DNA of 63,708 bases, filler included, from Sphacelaria rigidula (lineage: Eukaryota), in NCBI GenBank assembly GCA_964200075.2. It is 4 parts of 4 records of this genome, joined end to end, with 100 filler letters (N's around TTAATTAATTAA, not from the genome) between each part and the next. Parts side by side here need not be neighbours in the genome. Positions count along the whole stretch, not along the records: positions 1 to 15,859 come from CAXNAA020001566.1; positions 15,960 to 31,811 come from CAXNAA020001567.1; 2 more parts are not named here. One strand, given 5' to 3'. The notes beneath the pieces are model-generated. The model was not told the origin of the DNA and made no database searches. It saw only the letters and a list, made by a program, of their open reading frames with translations. The position numbers and the translations under genes are program-made. Shown in pieces: positions 13,401 through 26,200 of this stretch; the first letter of the stretch is position 1; each line of letters begins with the position of its first letter.

Positions 13401-14100
13401 CGAGCTCGTTCGGAATGAGGGGTGGGCTGCTCGCCGCCCATACGAGATCTCGTTGTCGAGGATGGACACGTCGGATCCCGAGTTTTGCCGTGAAAGCCTG
13501 GCTGCCGTGGCGAACTTTCATTTCTTCGGTGGAGACATGGGAGCTGAGTACATGGTCCGGCAACAGTTGTTGGAACTCGAACAGAAGGTATTGGGGCCCG
13601 CGCATCCCGGAGTGCTGAACACGCTGACGCGGCTGGCGGATTGCGCGAGGGGAACTGGAGATGCGAAGGCCGCGCGAGAGTGGTACCTCAAAGCAGAGTC
13701 CATTTCGTCGAACATTGTATTCCACATGCAGGATGGATTTTACGAGGATGACAGCGTGCTGGTTGAGAGCCTTAAGTCGCTCGCCTGGAGCATGATGGAA
13801 GCTGGGGAGCGGACGAGAGCGGAAATAATATTTCGGCAGGTTGTGGAAATCCAGGAGGCCCGATCTTCGCCGAATGACCTGAAGCTGGCCAACACGCTGT
13901 ACAAACTGGGTCGGTGTGTTCGGGAGGCTGGAGGCAGGGATGAGGAAGCGCAGGTTATTTTGTTAAGGGCGATGCATATCTTGGAGGTGAAGCGAAGGCC
14001 GGACCATTGGCTAACTATGCTCACCCTAGAGCAGCTCGAGCTTTGTAAGGGTGGAGATGCGGCACACGAAGACGACACAACTACTGCGAGCACGCCTTGA
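10412..14100 (+). CDS. NLR-like STAND protein: N-terminal MLKL/HeLo-like helical bundle, NB-ARC NTPase, C-terminal TPR repeats (2 exons)
   Basis: Exon 10412-10963 (TTG|gtgggt) splices in phase 0 to exon 12112-14100 (gatgtag|CGC). Walker A GDSGSGKT, Walker B CLVVADNVWE, MHD-like YRLHDVH, and TPR-like segments LEQKVLGPAHPGVLNTLTRLA and LANTLYKLGRCVREAG. The start ATG is uncertain because it lies next to a poly-G tract. Confidence 0.85.
10990..11235. mobile_element. MITE-like element in the NLR intron
   Basis: Terminal inverted repeats cgcgatacc(c)n / (g)n-aggtatcgcg; internal sequence shared with 14489-14733, about 56640-56710 and 63599-63708. Confidence 0.7.
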
Positions 14101-14488
14101 TAGCAAGATAATTTACTCGTACCATTGTTCAACTAAAGTGTTGGCGCGATTAGTATTTGGCGTTTGCCTATTGCTGTTCCGTCACCGTAACAATACCGTA
14201 GCAGCGCTCATGGATTTGGGTACAGCCCAGCCCCAGAAATACTCATGAACATTGTACAAGCTCGACCATTAGGAAGATGCCCGAATGCGAACTCATTCGG
14301 GTATGTCTTCATATTGATAACACATCAGATATGCACAAGCCGGGCCGACCTAGGAAAACGCCTGTGTTGAAGGGTCATATATTTCGGTCGATACTGAGCC
14401 CGGGCGAGCTAAGCGTAAAATATCGCCATCATTGGTTTAAGTCAAGGAGGTCACGCCCAGCCATCCAGTTAGGAACCCGGGGTGATGG

Positions 14489-14733
14489 CGCGATAGCCCC
14501 CCCCCCCCCCTCCAGGAATGTGGCTGGTTTGAGGAAGCAAATCCACGTATATTCAAAATGACACCTGCCGAGCACACCGGGCAGCTGAGAACTCCCACCC
14601 TTGTCCGCCAATGTCGCCCGTATGAGGGGCTTTATCTAGTCTGAGACCAGCTATCATGCGCTGTACGGCGACTTTCTTTGTGGGAGTCTTGGGGCTGGTT
14701 GGCTGTTTTTTGGCGGGAGCTATGGTGGTATCA
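14489..14733. mobile_element. MITE-like element, same family as 10990-11235
   Basis: cgcgatagccccc...gtggctggtttga...gagcacac...tgtcgccc.tatgagg...tggggctggtt is colinear with the intronic copy. Confidence 0.65.
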
Positions 14734-15859
14734 CTCCCTTGGACACGTTGATGTCTTTAAACTAGTAGTGTCTCCGTGTCCGCACCTTTTTCGTATTCTG
14801 TAGATTTTTTTTCGTGGACGCTACAGGCTGGGCCAGCCGACAGTGATTTTTGAGTGTATGTTGGCGATGCTGTCGGTATTTCGAAGAGTTGGACGCTGAA
14901 ATTTTGACACAGCATTTTTATAATCACTGCGCACAACATTTCTGGGGATGCTGAGAAAGAAAAAAAAAAAAAAGTTAGAGCGATGTCAAGTTTATTCAAA
15001 AACTAAAAAACTGCTATAACTCCGGGGAAAAAAAGAAATACGCAGGCATCCCCACAAATGCTGTTCGTCTTTTGTGTAGGAGATCCTGGTGCAATTTCGA
15101 CCAAAAAATTCAGAAATTTGGCACAGCATCAAATTTTTCGTGAGGCACCCGGTGGTCAAACTTGTAAAACCGCCTCTTATCACAGAGGTCACGAATTCGA
15201 ATCCCGACACGACCATTTTGTTTCGCGCATAATCTGGCATAGCGCCTTGCATTGGGGGTGTATAGTGCAGTTCGAGGTGGTACTTATCCCTCTTGCGGTG
15301 ATTAATGACCGTGAGCTGGAAGATTCTCTCCCATGATGGAGCTGTTGACGACCTTGATGCCATCTTGCAGCACTACTCGTACCAGGGTGCCTTTGCCTGC
15401 GCATGTCGAGTCTTCGCGTGCCTGTGCGGCGCAATTCCCTACCGTAATCCCACCGCATTTCGTGGAACGAAACGTCTCCAGACACGCTATCACGCAACGA
15501 CACGAGACGTTCCCGGTACTCCATGCAGTACAATAACATTATCGCCGAAACTTTGCCAATCGATCAGCGGCGGTGCCGTGCATCATCAGGTTGGTCTCCA
15601 GTTCACAGCGATATGCTCAAGTCGAGCTGATTTAGTAAACTTGATGAGTTGTGGTGAGAAATGCAAATGCGGGATCTACTGCTGGCCCAGCTCGTATCCT
15701 CGAAAATTCCAATGAATTCGCAAATGTTCCGAGATTGCCCAAACTTCATGTGCGTATTCAAGGATCTATCGAGAGAAAAAAATCAGACACGGAGCCCCCC
15801 CCCCCCCCCCCCCCCCCCGCCCCTACCTCCACATAACAGCCACTAGCATGCAAAGCATC

Positions 15860-15959
15860 NNNNNNNNNNNNNNNNNNNNNNNNNNNNNNNNNNNNNNNNN
15901 NNNTTAATTAATTAANNNNNNNNNNNNNNNNNNNNNNNNNNNNNNNNNNNNNNNNNNNN
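15860..15959. other. Artificial contig linker N44-TTAATTAATTAA-N44
   Basis: 100-bp spacer with a palindrome giving stop codons in all six frames; identical at three positions. Confidence 0.97.
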
Positions 15960-16458
15960 TTGTGGTTGTACAACAAGGCATGTCGCACTGTAGGCGCGCA
16001 GTGTCTGAGATGGCACGCAGACGAGACCTCCAGCGCGCGAAGGCGTCGCCCTTGTAGAAAACGTCACAGTTCCGGCTGAGGTTATTGTACTCTAAAAGCA
16101 AGTGAACCGGTTCTCGGCAGAAAAACGCAATTTCACTGCTCAATTTGATGTTGTCTTCCATACAAGTTTGACACGGTATACATGGGGTATATGTGAATCC
16201 TCTACCGTTTGCCCCTGCTTTTTTTTTCCTCCTCATATGTTATTGGTGATCTAAACTTTGGAACAGTTTTTCTGGTGCAAAAGCGTCGACAACTCATTGA
16301 AAAAAAAAAATGTCGAGGGGGGACAATAGGAAGTTGTAAACATACCTCATGCGCATCGTGTCGAAATTTCGTGAAAAAATACTTGAAATTCAACAGCATA
16401 ACCGCGTTTCATTTTTTCGTGGCTGGTTCATCTCCACATAGGAACCAGTCTTGGACAC

Positions 16459-16757
16459 GAACACGCGATTTAACAGCTGAGTTTCAGGTCGTTTTCAGTG
16501 AAAGTCTGACACGATGTACAAGATGTATGTACCAAGACGCCATCTTTCCCTCTCTACATTATTTTATTTTTCCCCGTGAGTTATCGGCAACCAAACATTT
16601 CAGAACAGTTTTTTTCGGAACAAACTCGTGAATAACGTCAAAAAAGAAAAGAAAAAACGTATGGGGGAAAAGGTGGCGTCTTGGTACGTACATCCTCTAC
16701 ATCGTGTCGAAATTTCATAGAAAACGACCTGAAACTCAGCTGTTAAATCGCGTGTTC
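16459..16757. mobile_element. Foldback/MITE with about 95-bp imperfect inverted arms
   Basis: gaacacgcgatttaacagctgagtttcaggtcgttttc...gtaccaagacgcca is the reverse complement of tggcgtcttggtac...gaaaacgacctgaaactcagctgttaaatcgcgtgttc. Confidence 0.8.
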
Positions 16758-16859
16758 ACATACATCCCTGTCCGCGTCTTAGGCGGCCCAGCCGGTACGT
16801 TGCGGTCTATTTTGTCGGAACAGCGACGGTCGGCGTCTGAATAGGTTGATGTTTCGCCA

Positions 16860-17607
16860 GCCACTCAGTGGGCGTTGAATACTTATTTTTGTGAACGCTA
16901 CGGTAACACTCCGTATTGTGTGATGTTTGGGCGTGCGCCGCGTACAGCGTTTTCCGCGCTGGCTTTTGTTACTGGCGGCGAGTGGAACGTCGATGCCATG
17001 GATGCTGATTCGTTGCGTGACAAGCTTCGAGGCGTGGTTGACGAGCAAGTGCGGTTTTGTAACGAAGTACAAGTTGCTGTCGTGGTGTCTCGCAAAACCA
17101 AACGCAAAGCTTGCGCAGGGCCAGGCTATATTGCCCAAGTTGGCAGTCGGCGGTTTCGTGCTGTATGCCCGTGTTCGTAGGCGAGGTGTGACGTCAAAGT
17201 TGATGCCCACTTGGACAGGTCCGTTGCTAGTGGTCGGAGCCGATCACGCTCACGTGTATTCGGTGCATAACATTGTTTCTGCTTCCGTGCACTCGGCCCA
17301 TGTCGCTCATATGCGTTTCTATGCTGACTCGCAGTTGCACATCAGTGCGGGACTAAAACATGTATTTCAGCATTCGTATGCTCAAGGTGGATGTCGGATG
17401 AATGCTTTGGTACACGTCGCTGAGGATGACAATGGTGATGTCATTGCTTCGGTCGATTGGGAAGGCTTCGGTGCTAAAGAACGTATGTGGGAGTCTCTTC
17501 GCAAGATTCATTCTTTCGCGCCTGAATTTTTTGTGAAGGAACTGCGTAAAATGCTGTTGACTCGGGCGCTGACTATATTAGCGTCGGCGTATAGTATTTC
17601 TTTGTGA
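16860..17607 (+). mobile_element. Degenerate Ty3/Gypsy pol fragment (integrase C-terminus, GPY/F motif, chromodomain-like end)
   Basis: LNT..NTPYCVMFGRAPR (integrase end) frameshifts into KLMPTWTGPLLVV..VYSVHNIV..AHVAHMRFY and VDWEGFGAKERMWESL. Confidence 0.8.
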
Positions 17608-17685
17608 TCTGGCGCATGCGATTTCGCCTTGGTTTTTGTTGGTTGTCAAGCTCGTTTGTTTGTCTTGAACTCGCTTTGGGGGTGC

Positions 17686-18060
17686 TGTAGCCAAATGATA
17701 CCAAGCTGTAGGTTTCAGTATAATCGCATGCATGATTGGAGCAGTGGCAGGGGACAGGGGATCCTGGATTGAAGGCCCTTATCTGTGTGGCCCCTTACTG
17801 CTGGCTTGTGATGTGGTCTGTTAAGGATCACTCCGCAATAATAACAAGTTAGAAGGAAGGACTTGTCGAGCACGAGGCCAGTGCTACTGGAGGATGTCCT
17901 CGTGGATAGTCCTCTTGTCCAGACCGTCTGGCAGAGGCTACAGTCTGCAGTTCACAGTGATGTGCTCACATCGGGTTCATTCGGGAAACTGGGAAAGCTG
18001 TGGTATGAGCAACTTTCAGCCGCTTTTAAGCTGGCCCAGCTCGTAGGACTGTGCACTACA
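17686..18060 (+). mobile_element. 3' LTR of the Gypsy relic (about 375 bp)
   Basis: Begins TGTAG just after a G-rich PPT-like tract (tttgggggtgc) downstream of pol and ends CTACA (inverted termini TG...CA). Confidence 0.65.
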
Positions 18061-18762
18061 GCCTAGGTGGATGCGTTCCGATCGCGCACATGTTACGCAA
18101 ACTTCAAGGGGGTCTGTGACGATTTTCCAGGAGCCATCCCCCCCCCCGTCCGGCCGATTCTTCCCGGCCAAATACGGAGTTCTCACAGCTGTCTCTCGCC
18201 AATAACAGATTTATCATAGTCCAGCAGCGCCCCGCATTCACATCACTATTTTTTCGGGCAGAATACGGAATTCTCACAATTGTTTTTCAAGCCAGATACC
18301 GATCTCTCGTACTTCAGGTAGCGCCCCAGGCATGGTTCTTCATTTCTTATTTTGATGGCGAGTTGGTGTAACTGCAATACGGTGAAAACTACGACACTGG
18401 CATGCGTAGCCCCCCCCCCTCCCCCTGCATTTGCCCCCAATTTAAACGTTTCGGGGGCATGGCTCCTGGGAAATGTCGCTGTGCGTGCTCATGCTTACCT
18501 TCCTATGAGCCACATGTAATGAAATTTCGATGGTGGCGTGTGGGTGTTCCGCGGTATTTTCACGGTATGATGCGGCACCACGGATTCGCGGTACGGTTTT
18601 CACGGCAAACTAGAGAAGGCTATACGATCTTGCAATACCGCGGTACGGTACCGCACCGTGACGGATTTCACAGAATGCGCGGTACCGCCAAGCATGAGCC
18701 TTGGAATAATTTGGTGTGTCCAAGTCACACATCAGATAAATAAGCGACAGCAGTGTACAGCC

Positions 18763-19370
18763 GGTCGCCCCGGTTGCTCAGTTGGTAACCTCGAAACCTT
18801 CTGATGGTTGAGTAGGGTTTCGGCCGCTGTTTTCATACAATGTGATCCGGCAAACTCCTCATTCGTCTCTAGACGAATATCACGCGGCGTGTGAGCAGCT
18901 TGCTCGCATCAAGACGAGTTCGGCCGAGCGTCTTCGCGGCAGCATGCACAAGAGGGCTGCGGCGGAGGGTTTCGTACCCCCGGTGCACACCTACTGCTCA
19001 AGTCACGAGCACGTCCGTGATGGCTGTCTCGAGGTCAAGCAACAGACGTTCGCCGTGCCGCGAGCCAGCGCCGTGGGTTCAATTCCTGGAACAATCTAGG
19101 GTTTTTTCTCACATGCCCAACAGTGGAGAGCGACTATGTCGTGGGTACACAAAATTCGACTTAACGGTCGACGAGGGAAAGGGACTGCTGAACCCCTCTC
19201 GCGATAAAAAATAAAGGCAAGCACCGCAGAAGGAAGGTGGGGTACTAGAACAAAAAAAAAAAAAAAAACTCCTGTGTTGACCTTCCTCCTGTGTGACCCC
19301 GGCTGGTGCGCCCACATATACCGAAAGGTGCAGACTGGCGCCCAGAATAAATGGGACGACAACACACACA
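18763..19370 (+). mobile_element. Full-length tRNA-derived SINE interrupted by a roughly 255-bp insertion
   Basis: Head ggtcgccccggttgctcagttggtaacctcgaaaccttctgatggtt, foreign segment about 18812-19068, then B-box GGTTCAATTCC, body, and (CA)n tail. Confidence 0.8.
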
Positions 19371-19513
19371 GTGTATGTTTCCCTGTCTGGAGATTGGTCG
19401 GGACGGACCATATGCAGTTGAATAACCATTTGTTTTTATTATAGATTGCTCTGCATTGTATCGCGTTTGCAATTTATTTTCCTTTGTTATGATGGAAAAT
19501 GAGCGTAATTGGC

Positions 19514-19880
19514 CCGTAGCCATCGTTCAAGCCATCGCACGGTGCAAACGGCCTCGTAGCGGTCGAGAAACACATCTGCTGCACAGTACAAAAAAATACT
19601 GCCAACCGACTGGACGTGGACATCCGCTATGTCCAAGTCGCGAGTTGGACATAGCTTATGTTCACCCCCAGCGATTGGAATACGTGTCCGCGCATGTCCC
19701 ATGTGCCTTGCATCGACACTACAGCACCTGATATACACTCACACATTCCGTAGCCACCGTTCAAGCCATCGTGGGGTGCAAACGGCCTGGTAGCACAGGA
19801 GAAACGCGCCTGCTACACACAGGGCCAAAAAATACATATATCTGCACCGGACTGGACTTGGACATAGCTCTTGTCAAAAA
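19514..19880 (+). repeat. Diverged tandem duplication (period about 235 bp)
   Basis: ccgtagcca.cgttcaagccatcg...gtgcaaacggcct.gtagc...gagaaac...aaaaaatac...gactggac.tggacat occurs at about 19514 and about 19748. Confidence 0.7.
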
Positions 19881-20605
19881 CGCGACTCGGTAACTTGGAC
19901 ATGATCTACGTTGGCTGGAGGCATGGGAGCACGTAATTATGTGCTTGCGGTTGATAGCGGTCGCGTTGCAGACAAGAACACCAACAGGTGATTGCCGCTA
20001 GTACGTTTTACCCGCATTGTTCCGCGATGCACTGAGTTTAGCCAGCGTGATTATCATGTATCCATTGTACAGTGTTCAATGAACCAGAAATTCGCTGCGA
20101 TTAGCGCGTCTCACGTGCCTTGCATCGACACCCAACAAGGAGAAAAAGCAATAGCAGCAGTGTCAGCAGCATCTTTCGTGCCAGTAGATTTACGCGGCTG
20201 GGGGTACGTCTGAATCAGTCGGTGCCGATACTGCTGCCGCTGCCGTTTTTCCTCATGTGAGAGACGGTCCGCGTTTCGATCGTGCTACAACGCCCACGCA
20301 CCTTGCGCGTGATAGCCACCGTGCTGAAAGGCACTGGTCCGTACTATCCGCTGATGAGTCTATGCTTCCCCACTAGGCTAAGTGCTAGGATTATAACTGT
20401 GGGCATCTCTCTGTGCGAGCTGTGCAGGTCGGGTGTGTCTCGCACGCGTGGCTACTGCTGGTGATGGGAATAAAGCCAACGTCCAGTACAGGGGTAAACA
20501 TTTGATACGTACGATGTATGGTACTCGTACTGAAAATGCTATGTGGGTAACAACACGCAAACAGATCTCCGTCGATTTCAAGTATGGAGGAGGCAATAAC
20601 GCACC

Positions 20606-20656
20606 AGGTGCATGGGTAATGTCGCACGTCGAAACGCGGACCGCCTCCCGCACGAG

Positions 20657-20697
<41 letters not shown>

Positions 20698-21250
20698 GTA
20701 TCAGCAGCAGTATCAGCAGCATATTTATTGCCAGTAAATGTACGCGGCTGGTGGTGGGTCTAAATCATCCGGTGTCGATGCTGCTGTTACTGCTGCTGCT
20801 GCTGCTGCTGCTGCTCTTGATCGTAGACGGTCCGCGTTTCGACCGTGCGACAACACCCACGCACCTCGCGAGTGATAGCCACTGTGCTGGACAGCGCTGG
20901 TACGTACTACCCGCCAATGCGTCCATGCTTGCTTACTTGGCGAAGTTCTGGGAGATATAGCTGTGCGCATCTCTCTGTGGGAGCTGTGCACGTGGAGTGT
21001 GTCTCCCACGCGTGGCTACTGCTGGTAATGGCATTGTTTGGCTTCTGTTTGACAAAATTAAAGAAAAAAAACAATAGGGATTAAAGTGTGTGGGAGAGGG
21101 GTCACGTTTTGGGCATTTTTTGGGCAAGGTTCTTGAAAGGTTCTGTTTGGTTCTGAAAATATTTCGAGAAAATCGAAACACTTTTTTGTCACAAAATCCG
21201 ATGGCGAATTTGAAATGGCCTGAGACAATAACCAATTTGAAAATTGGAAT
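20606..21250 (+). mobile_element. CAG/CTG foldback element with conserved downstream body
   Basis: Hairpin 20606-20866 with a (CAG)n left arm and (CTG)n right arm inside complementary unique flanks. A second copy lies at 29399-30027 and a degenerate copy at about 20140-20465. Confidence 0.8.
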
Positions 21251-21959
21251 GGTGCCAAATAACTACTTGTTTCCAGGGACCCCCCTTCACAACCGCCGGG
21301 CCGCTCCCATGATGCACTTTCAAAAGACACTATTCTCGTGTCTAGCCCTTGTCCTGTAGGGGGGAGCGGGAGGACCTGACCTGCGTTGTGTAGAGGCCCT
21401 TGCCTACGTGATGATTGTCGGGATCGCAACCGATTCATTGGTTTACAACGCGTAGGACAATACTGTTGTACGAAGGGCAGTAGGGCATGCCGACATGTGC
21501 GATTACTACGGAAGGGTACGAAGTTCCCAATTACCCAGAAAGCGCAGTTATCAAGCATTATCGCGGTTGGTATCGTAGCCGTACCGTACTTTCGGGAAAT
21601 TGCATACCGCGTTCCCGAGTGAAATCGTGAGAACTCAATGCTGCTCCATACCGTACTGCGCTGTACAGGTACCGTGCACTCTCTTTTTGAAGATCAAACC
21701 CGAGGGAAGCCGTGCTTGATTGGTGTCTTCTGCTCATTTGTTTCTTCAACTTCAATTTCTTCATGATGGTGGTCGAGTTAGATCATTTTGTGCGTGGTGG
21801 AGAACCCTGACTGCCCGAAAAGTGGATAATTGTACCACGTGGTGTTTAGATGGCGAGACACCCATGAGACGGTGTATGAGCCGTGGATGTATCCGGAAGT
21901 GGCGATACCAGAAAATGAAGCAACTTATGGGAGGCTGTCATCTATATGCAAGATGATTG

Positions 21960-22165
21960 GTACGCTTCGGACCGAGCAATCTTAGCAGGATGCAAATCAC
22001 TTCACATGCGACTCGCCGAACACATCATGGGTTTTCGCGCTTGGCGATCGATTACGAGCATAGTCCAGCGAAAACCCGGCGTGCCCCGTCCCAACTTTGT
22101 AGGGATGCAGGGTCAAAGGCCATATGACTACGACGTGCGACATCATGAATACACCCTTCCTCCGC
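21960..22165 (+). mobile_element. Long member of the poly(C)-tailed retroposon family (diverged)
   Basis: caatcttagcaggatgca...atgcgactcgccgaacaca...gcgaaaacccggcgtgc.ccgtccc...gtagggatgc...ggtcaa...atgacta...atgaatacaccc, matching the minus-strand copy at 9070-9310. Confidence 0.65.
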
Positions 22166-23213
22166 TTCTGCGGGACGAGTTCGTGGTCTCAAGGGGGCCT
22201 CCCATCTCTCCCCCGGTGCACGCCTTCTATTTCGGTAACACAGATTTGATCAGCGCTCCCACATTGCTTAGTCAAACCAACTCAGACGAACAAGTTGTTC
22301 CTGCTCTTGACATCCTCACGCTTTCGTTGATGAAAGTCAAATGCTTCGCAGAAAATATCCAAGCTAATAGCATCTGGCGAGAATCGAACCCACACGTTTT
22401 TGCCGACCTAATGGTGTCAGTTGTACGGTGAAACTATGAATCCCAGCATGTCAATGTGGTATACTCCCGCTGATCCTTGCTTTGGGCCGTGGAACTGGAC
22501 AGAGAGAGAACTCAACCTCTTCGACTATGGTCAGCAGAACATTGTCCACATGCGTTCCGAGTTTCGCTCCAGACGGTGTGATTTGATGGTGGCGCACCGC
22601 TCTTGGACGTGGACGTATATAGTCTGGGTGTAGCTGCTGTGCGAGCTGACGAGATCTCCAAGTGCACCTTTGGCGGGTCCAGGCTTGTGCAAACACGCTC
22701 CCTCACAACTGCTGCGGTCTTCCCTTGGTCGGTCTGGAAGCTGTAATCGAACGTGAGGTAGATGAGAGTTTGCTGTTAGGAAAGACCCCGAAAGCTAAGC
22801 CAGGCGATCGCCCAAGAGATCCGATAGTTTGGATCGTGATACGTGTACTGCAAAACCTGTAGCCAACAGGTAGACCGTACCCGCGGGCGACCGCACTCAC
22901 TTTATACTGAGACTCGCCCCCGCCCCCGCCCCCTCCCCAACCCCACAACGCATAACATACCTGTTCATTGAATGCAGTCAGTCACTTGGATCGCATTCTC
23001 GTTCTCTTTGGCGCCTTGTGTTTCGAGATGAGCATGAGCCGCCTTTCCCCACTTTTTGCGGTCTCAAAGGACGAGCGTCAGCATGCATTCATTCAAGCAT
23101 CACTCCCACGAAAATATTTACGAAAACCCCGATAACTTCCTAAAACAATCCGAATAACGTTTGGAATAAAGAGTGCATCATTTCAAGCTCCGGCTTTTTT
23201 TTCGTAAAAACAG

Positions 23214-26200
23214 ATTCGGACCCGATCGAGTGAGCTACATGAAGCCCGTTGGTCAGAAGCACGTTACGGTCATCGGCAGAGACGGAGACAGTATCAAGGT
23301 CAGAACAACCCTCGTGGGCTCGTTGCTCGAACCATGCGTTGCCGCGGTTCATGTCATCTTCCGCACAAAATACGCGTAGTTTTTGCTGCACGAGGGTTAC
23401 TCTTGAAGCATAAGCTTCTACCTACTGCGATCGACAAACAAAAGCGCAGATCGCCCACTGACTATGTCGGCACGCGTACGGCTGTTTTCTGGGACAAGTT
23501 CGCTTTCTTATTTTGTTAGAAGCGGAAAGCATAGGTCCTGGTTTACTACATGGTGTGCGGGAAAACAAGCACGTGGCGAGAATTGGAAGCGTGGTGCGAG
23601 ATGCAGCAATGACTCACGTCCGCAAACAGGGAAAACAAAAGTCTCTGCACAAAATGTCGGGGCAATGGGTAGAAAGGGGCTGTATTTGCTGAGATAACCT
23701 CAGGTGCGCTCCGGGTGCTGTGGGGGACTTACGTTGTGCCGCGCCTCACTGATGATTTGGCACACGAAATGGAATGTCGAGGCATGTTCTTAGGTCCTTG
23801 GTTCGTCCGCTGATCCGCTATTGTTGCTTTTGCTGTCTTCAATGCTTTCCGTGGTGCTTTGACAATCTGCTGTTCTGAACTGCATGTGACGTTGGGCAGG
23901 TGGACAAAGATGTAGCGGTGGCGAAGGAGCACTTCGGTCTTCACAGTGCTTACGATGCTATGAGCCCCATTATTCTACACAAGGGTTACACGAGAGAGTT
24001 TCTCGACGGCAAGGTGTGTGCCTCTGTAGCCGTGAGCTTCTCCGTTCTATGCATCACAAGTGGCTAACTGCTTGGCCCATGATCCTTGAACGCGCTTAAT
24101 TAAGCTACGAAATACCTTTGCTTTCTGCCTTGTCGCGTCGCCCTCACGTTCTCAGATAAACCTCGAGGAACAAAAAACTCTTATCCGAAAAGCGTTCGAG
24201 GAACTGATCGAAAGCAATGACTTTGTGGTGGTGGAGGGAACGGGCCATACCGGTGAGACGCCCAGGCGTGTTACTTTCAACTTTGGTCCAACGAACGTCG
24301 TTTAGGGTACGTTGACGACTTTCGCTCATACGATAGTAGGTAACGTGATCCACTCCGTTGCAGTGAACGAGCGCGCAACACGCCCCGAAGTGCAAGCGGC
24401 CAACTGATGGACGATCGTGTCACCAGGCCACTGAAAACGCACGCGTCATGCGTGGCTTTTCCATTGAAACACGTTTTTTGCTCAAGCAGGAGTCGGAAGT
24501 ATCGTCGGCTTGAACAACGCGGACGTGGCAAGTTGGCTTGGGTTAGATGTCCTGCTGGTTGCTAACGGTGGTTTGGGATCAACGTACGACGTACTGGCGC
24601 TGAACCAAAACCTTTGCAACTCTAGGGGAGTGAGAGTGCGAGCTGTTCTCTTGAATAAGGTAAGTAATTGAACTTGAGTATATAGCCTACTGCATTAAAC
24701 TGCCGAAACCACTGGGTGAAGTCTCTCGGGGTGTGCCGACGGGCGGGATGAGCGTGTAGTGAAGCAGTCACCCCCCCGACCAGGAAATGTGGAATCAGCG
24801 AAGGGGGCAGACCCCCCCCATTATCTACGCCACTGCGATCATTTGCGTGCTCTAAGCGCAAAAGCGATTGCATGGCGTGGTGAAGTGGGTTGCGGTGCTC
24901 CGAGTGACATGTAGCATCTCGTTTTGTGATGCAGGTGAAGGCGGACAAAGTAGGCATGGTGAGGATGTACATTGGCAAGGCGCTGGAGATGAATTCTTGG
25001 GGTAAGTTTGATTTTTATGTAACAAAGCTATACGCCAGCAGAGATGGAGATATTGCAGCCACAGAAAAATAGTGTCGAACAGTGTCGAACACAGTAGGTG
25101 ATCTTGGTTAGCCCATTTTCTTGAAAGTAGGAAGAGTCGTGGTCATTGTGGTACATTAGGGTAGTGAAGCGCGATTTCTTCGTCGTGGCGGCACAATACG
25201 ACGTATGTGCCGTGCGGTACGTATACTCCCAAGTCTGGGTGCTCAGATAATGAATGCATGAACGCATTTTGTTGATGCACACTGACTAGATGCGCCTAAA
25301 CCGATATGCCCCAATCTAAAGATGCGCCTCTCCTCGGAGTGGTTCCATGGGCTGAGACGCTGGATCAGCCTTCGGTGCTGGACCTGGAGCAAATGTTTGA
25401 TACAACGGCTCTCGCGGGAAGGAAATGGTTGCTCCGCAGGTACCTTTTCACCCGTGTTATCGGATGCTCTCTGCTTCACTATAATGTGTTTATTATTTGT
25501 CTAAAATAGCAAGAGAACATGGCTTGTCTTTGAATTCGAGGAGTCAGCACATTTCCTGGTGCCCGCCACACGATCCAGTAAACGAGTCCAATGGCAACGA
25601 TTGGTTGCGGCGATGAAACCCAGCGTGTTGTTGCTAGCATAGTGAGATTTTCCCCAAAACTTGAAATTCGTACTTCGCTGAGTTGATGCCCAAGTCACTA
25701 CAATCCCTGCGGAGATACCGTGTCGTCCCAGGCTGAATCGCGAGTAACGTTGGCGTTTAGCTCGAGGACATTACTGTTTCACTACGACGCACGACATAGA
25801 ATCGCAGCGCGTGCGTGGTTTTCATGAGGTGTTGATTTTCGACTGTCGTGCGCCTGCTGCAGGTTCAACAGGTTTGAGTTGGTGACCACCAGCCTCCGAA
25901 GATTACTCGAAAAGCTCAGTGATGGGTCACTGCGTGGCTCCACGTGCTTCGTGACGCACGCCTCGAGGAATGATATTATTCTGGGTGAGAGAAGAGTGAC
26001 ATGGCATGATATTCCTTATTCGCTCATCGAGTTATTTTCGAATTTCGTACCGGTGTGCTTCCCCCTGACCTCAACAGGTGCTTCCTCCGTCTCGAAAGGG
26101 ATGCGTGGTCAATGGTCAAACGACTAAGGCAAGCAACAAATGAGTACGCCCCCCCCCCCCCCCTGACCTCAACACCGTTCTACCTCATACGCTCGTGATA

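Noticed and set aside
15147-15215. tRNA-like segment with B-box-like GAATTCGAATCCC (a similar one lies on the minus strand near 30377-30435)
   Set aside because: Cannot be folded into a cloverleaf; at most a decayed tRNA or SINE head.
15904-15915. TTAATTAATTAA palindrome recurring every 15.95 kb as a biological periodic signal
   Set aside because: It is embedded in N-runs of fixed length; an assembly linker.
15960-16214. Open minus-strand frame at the contig edge (GANGRGFTYTPCIPC...)
   Set aside because: Could be an exon, but the acceptor is purine-rich and no family is recognisable.
20378-20960. Poly-Ser/poly-Leu ORFs (also 29412-29798)
   Set aside because: Translations of the CAG/CTG foldback repeat.
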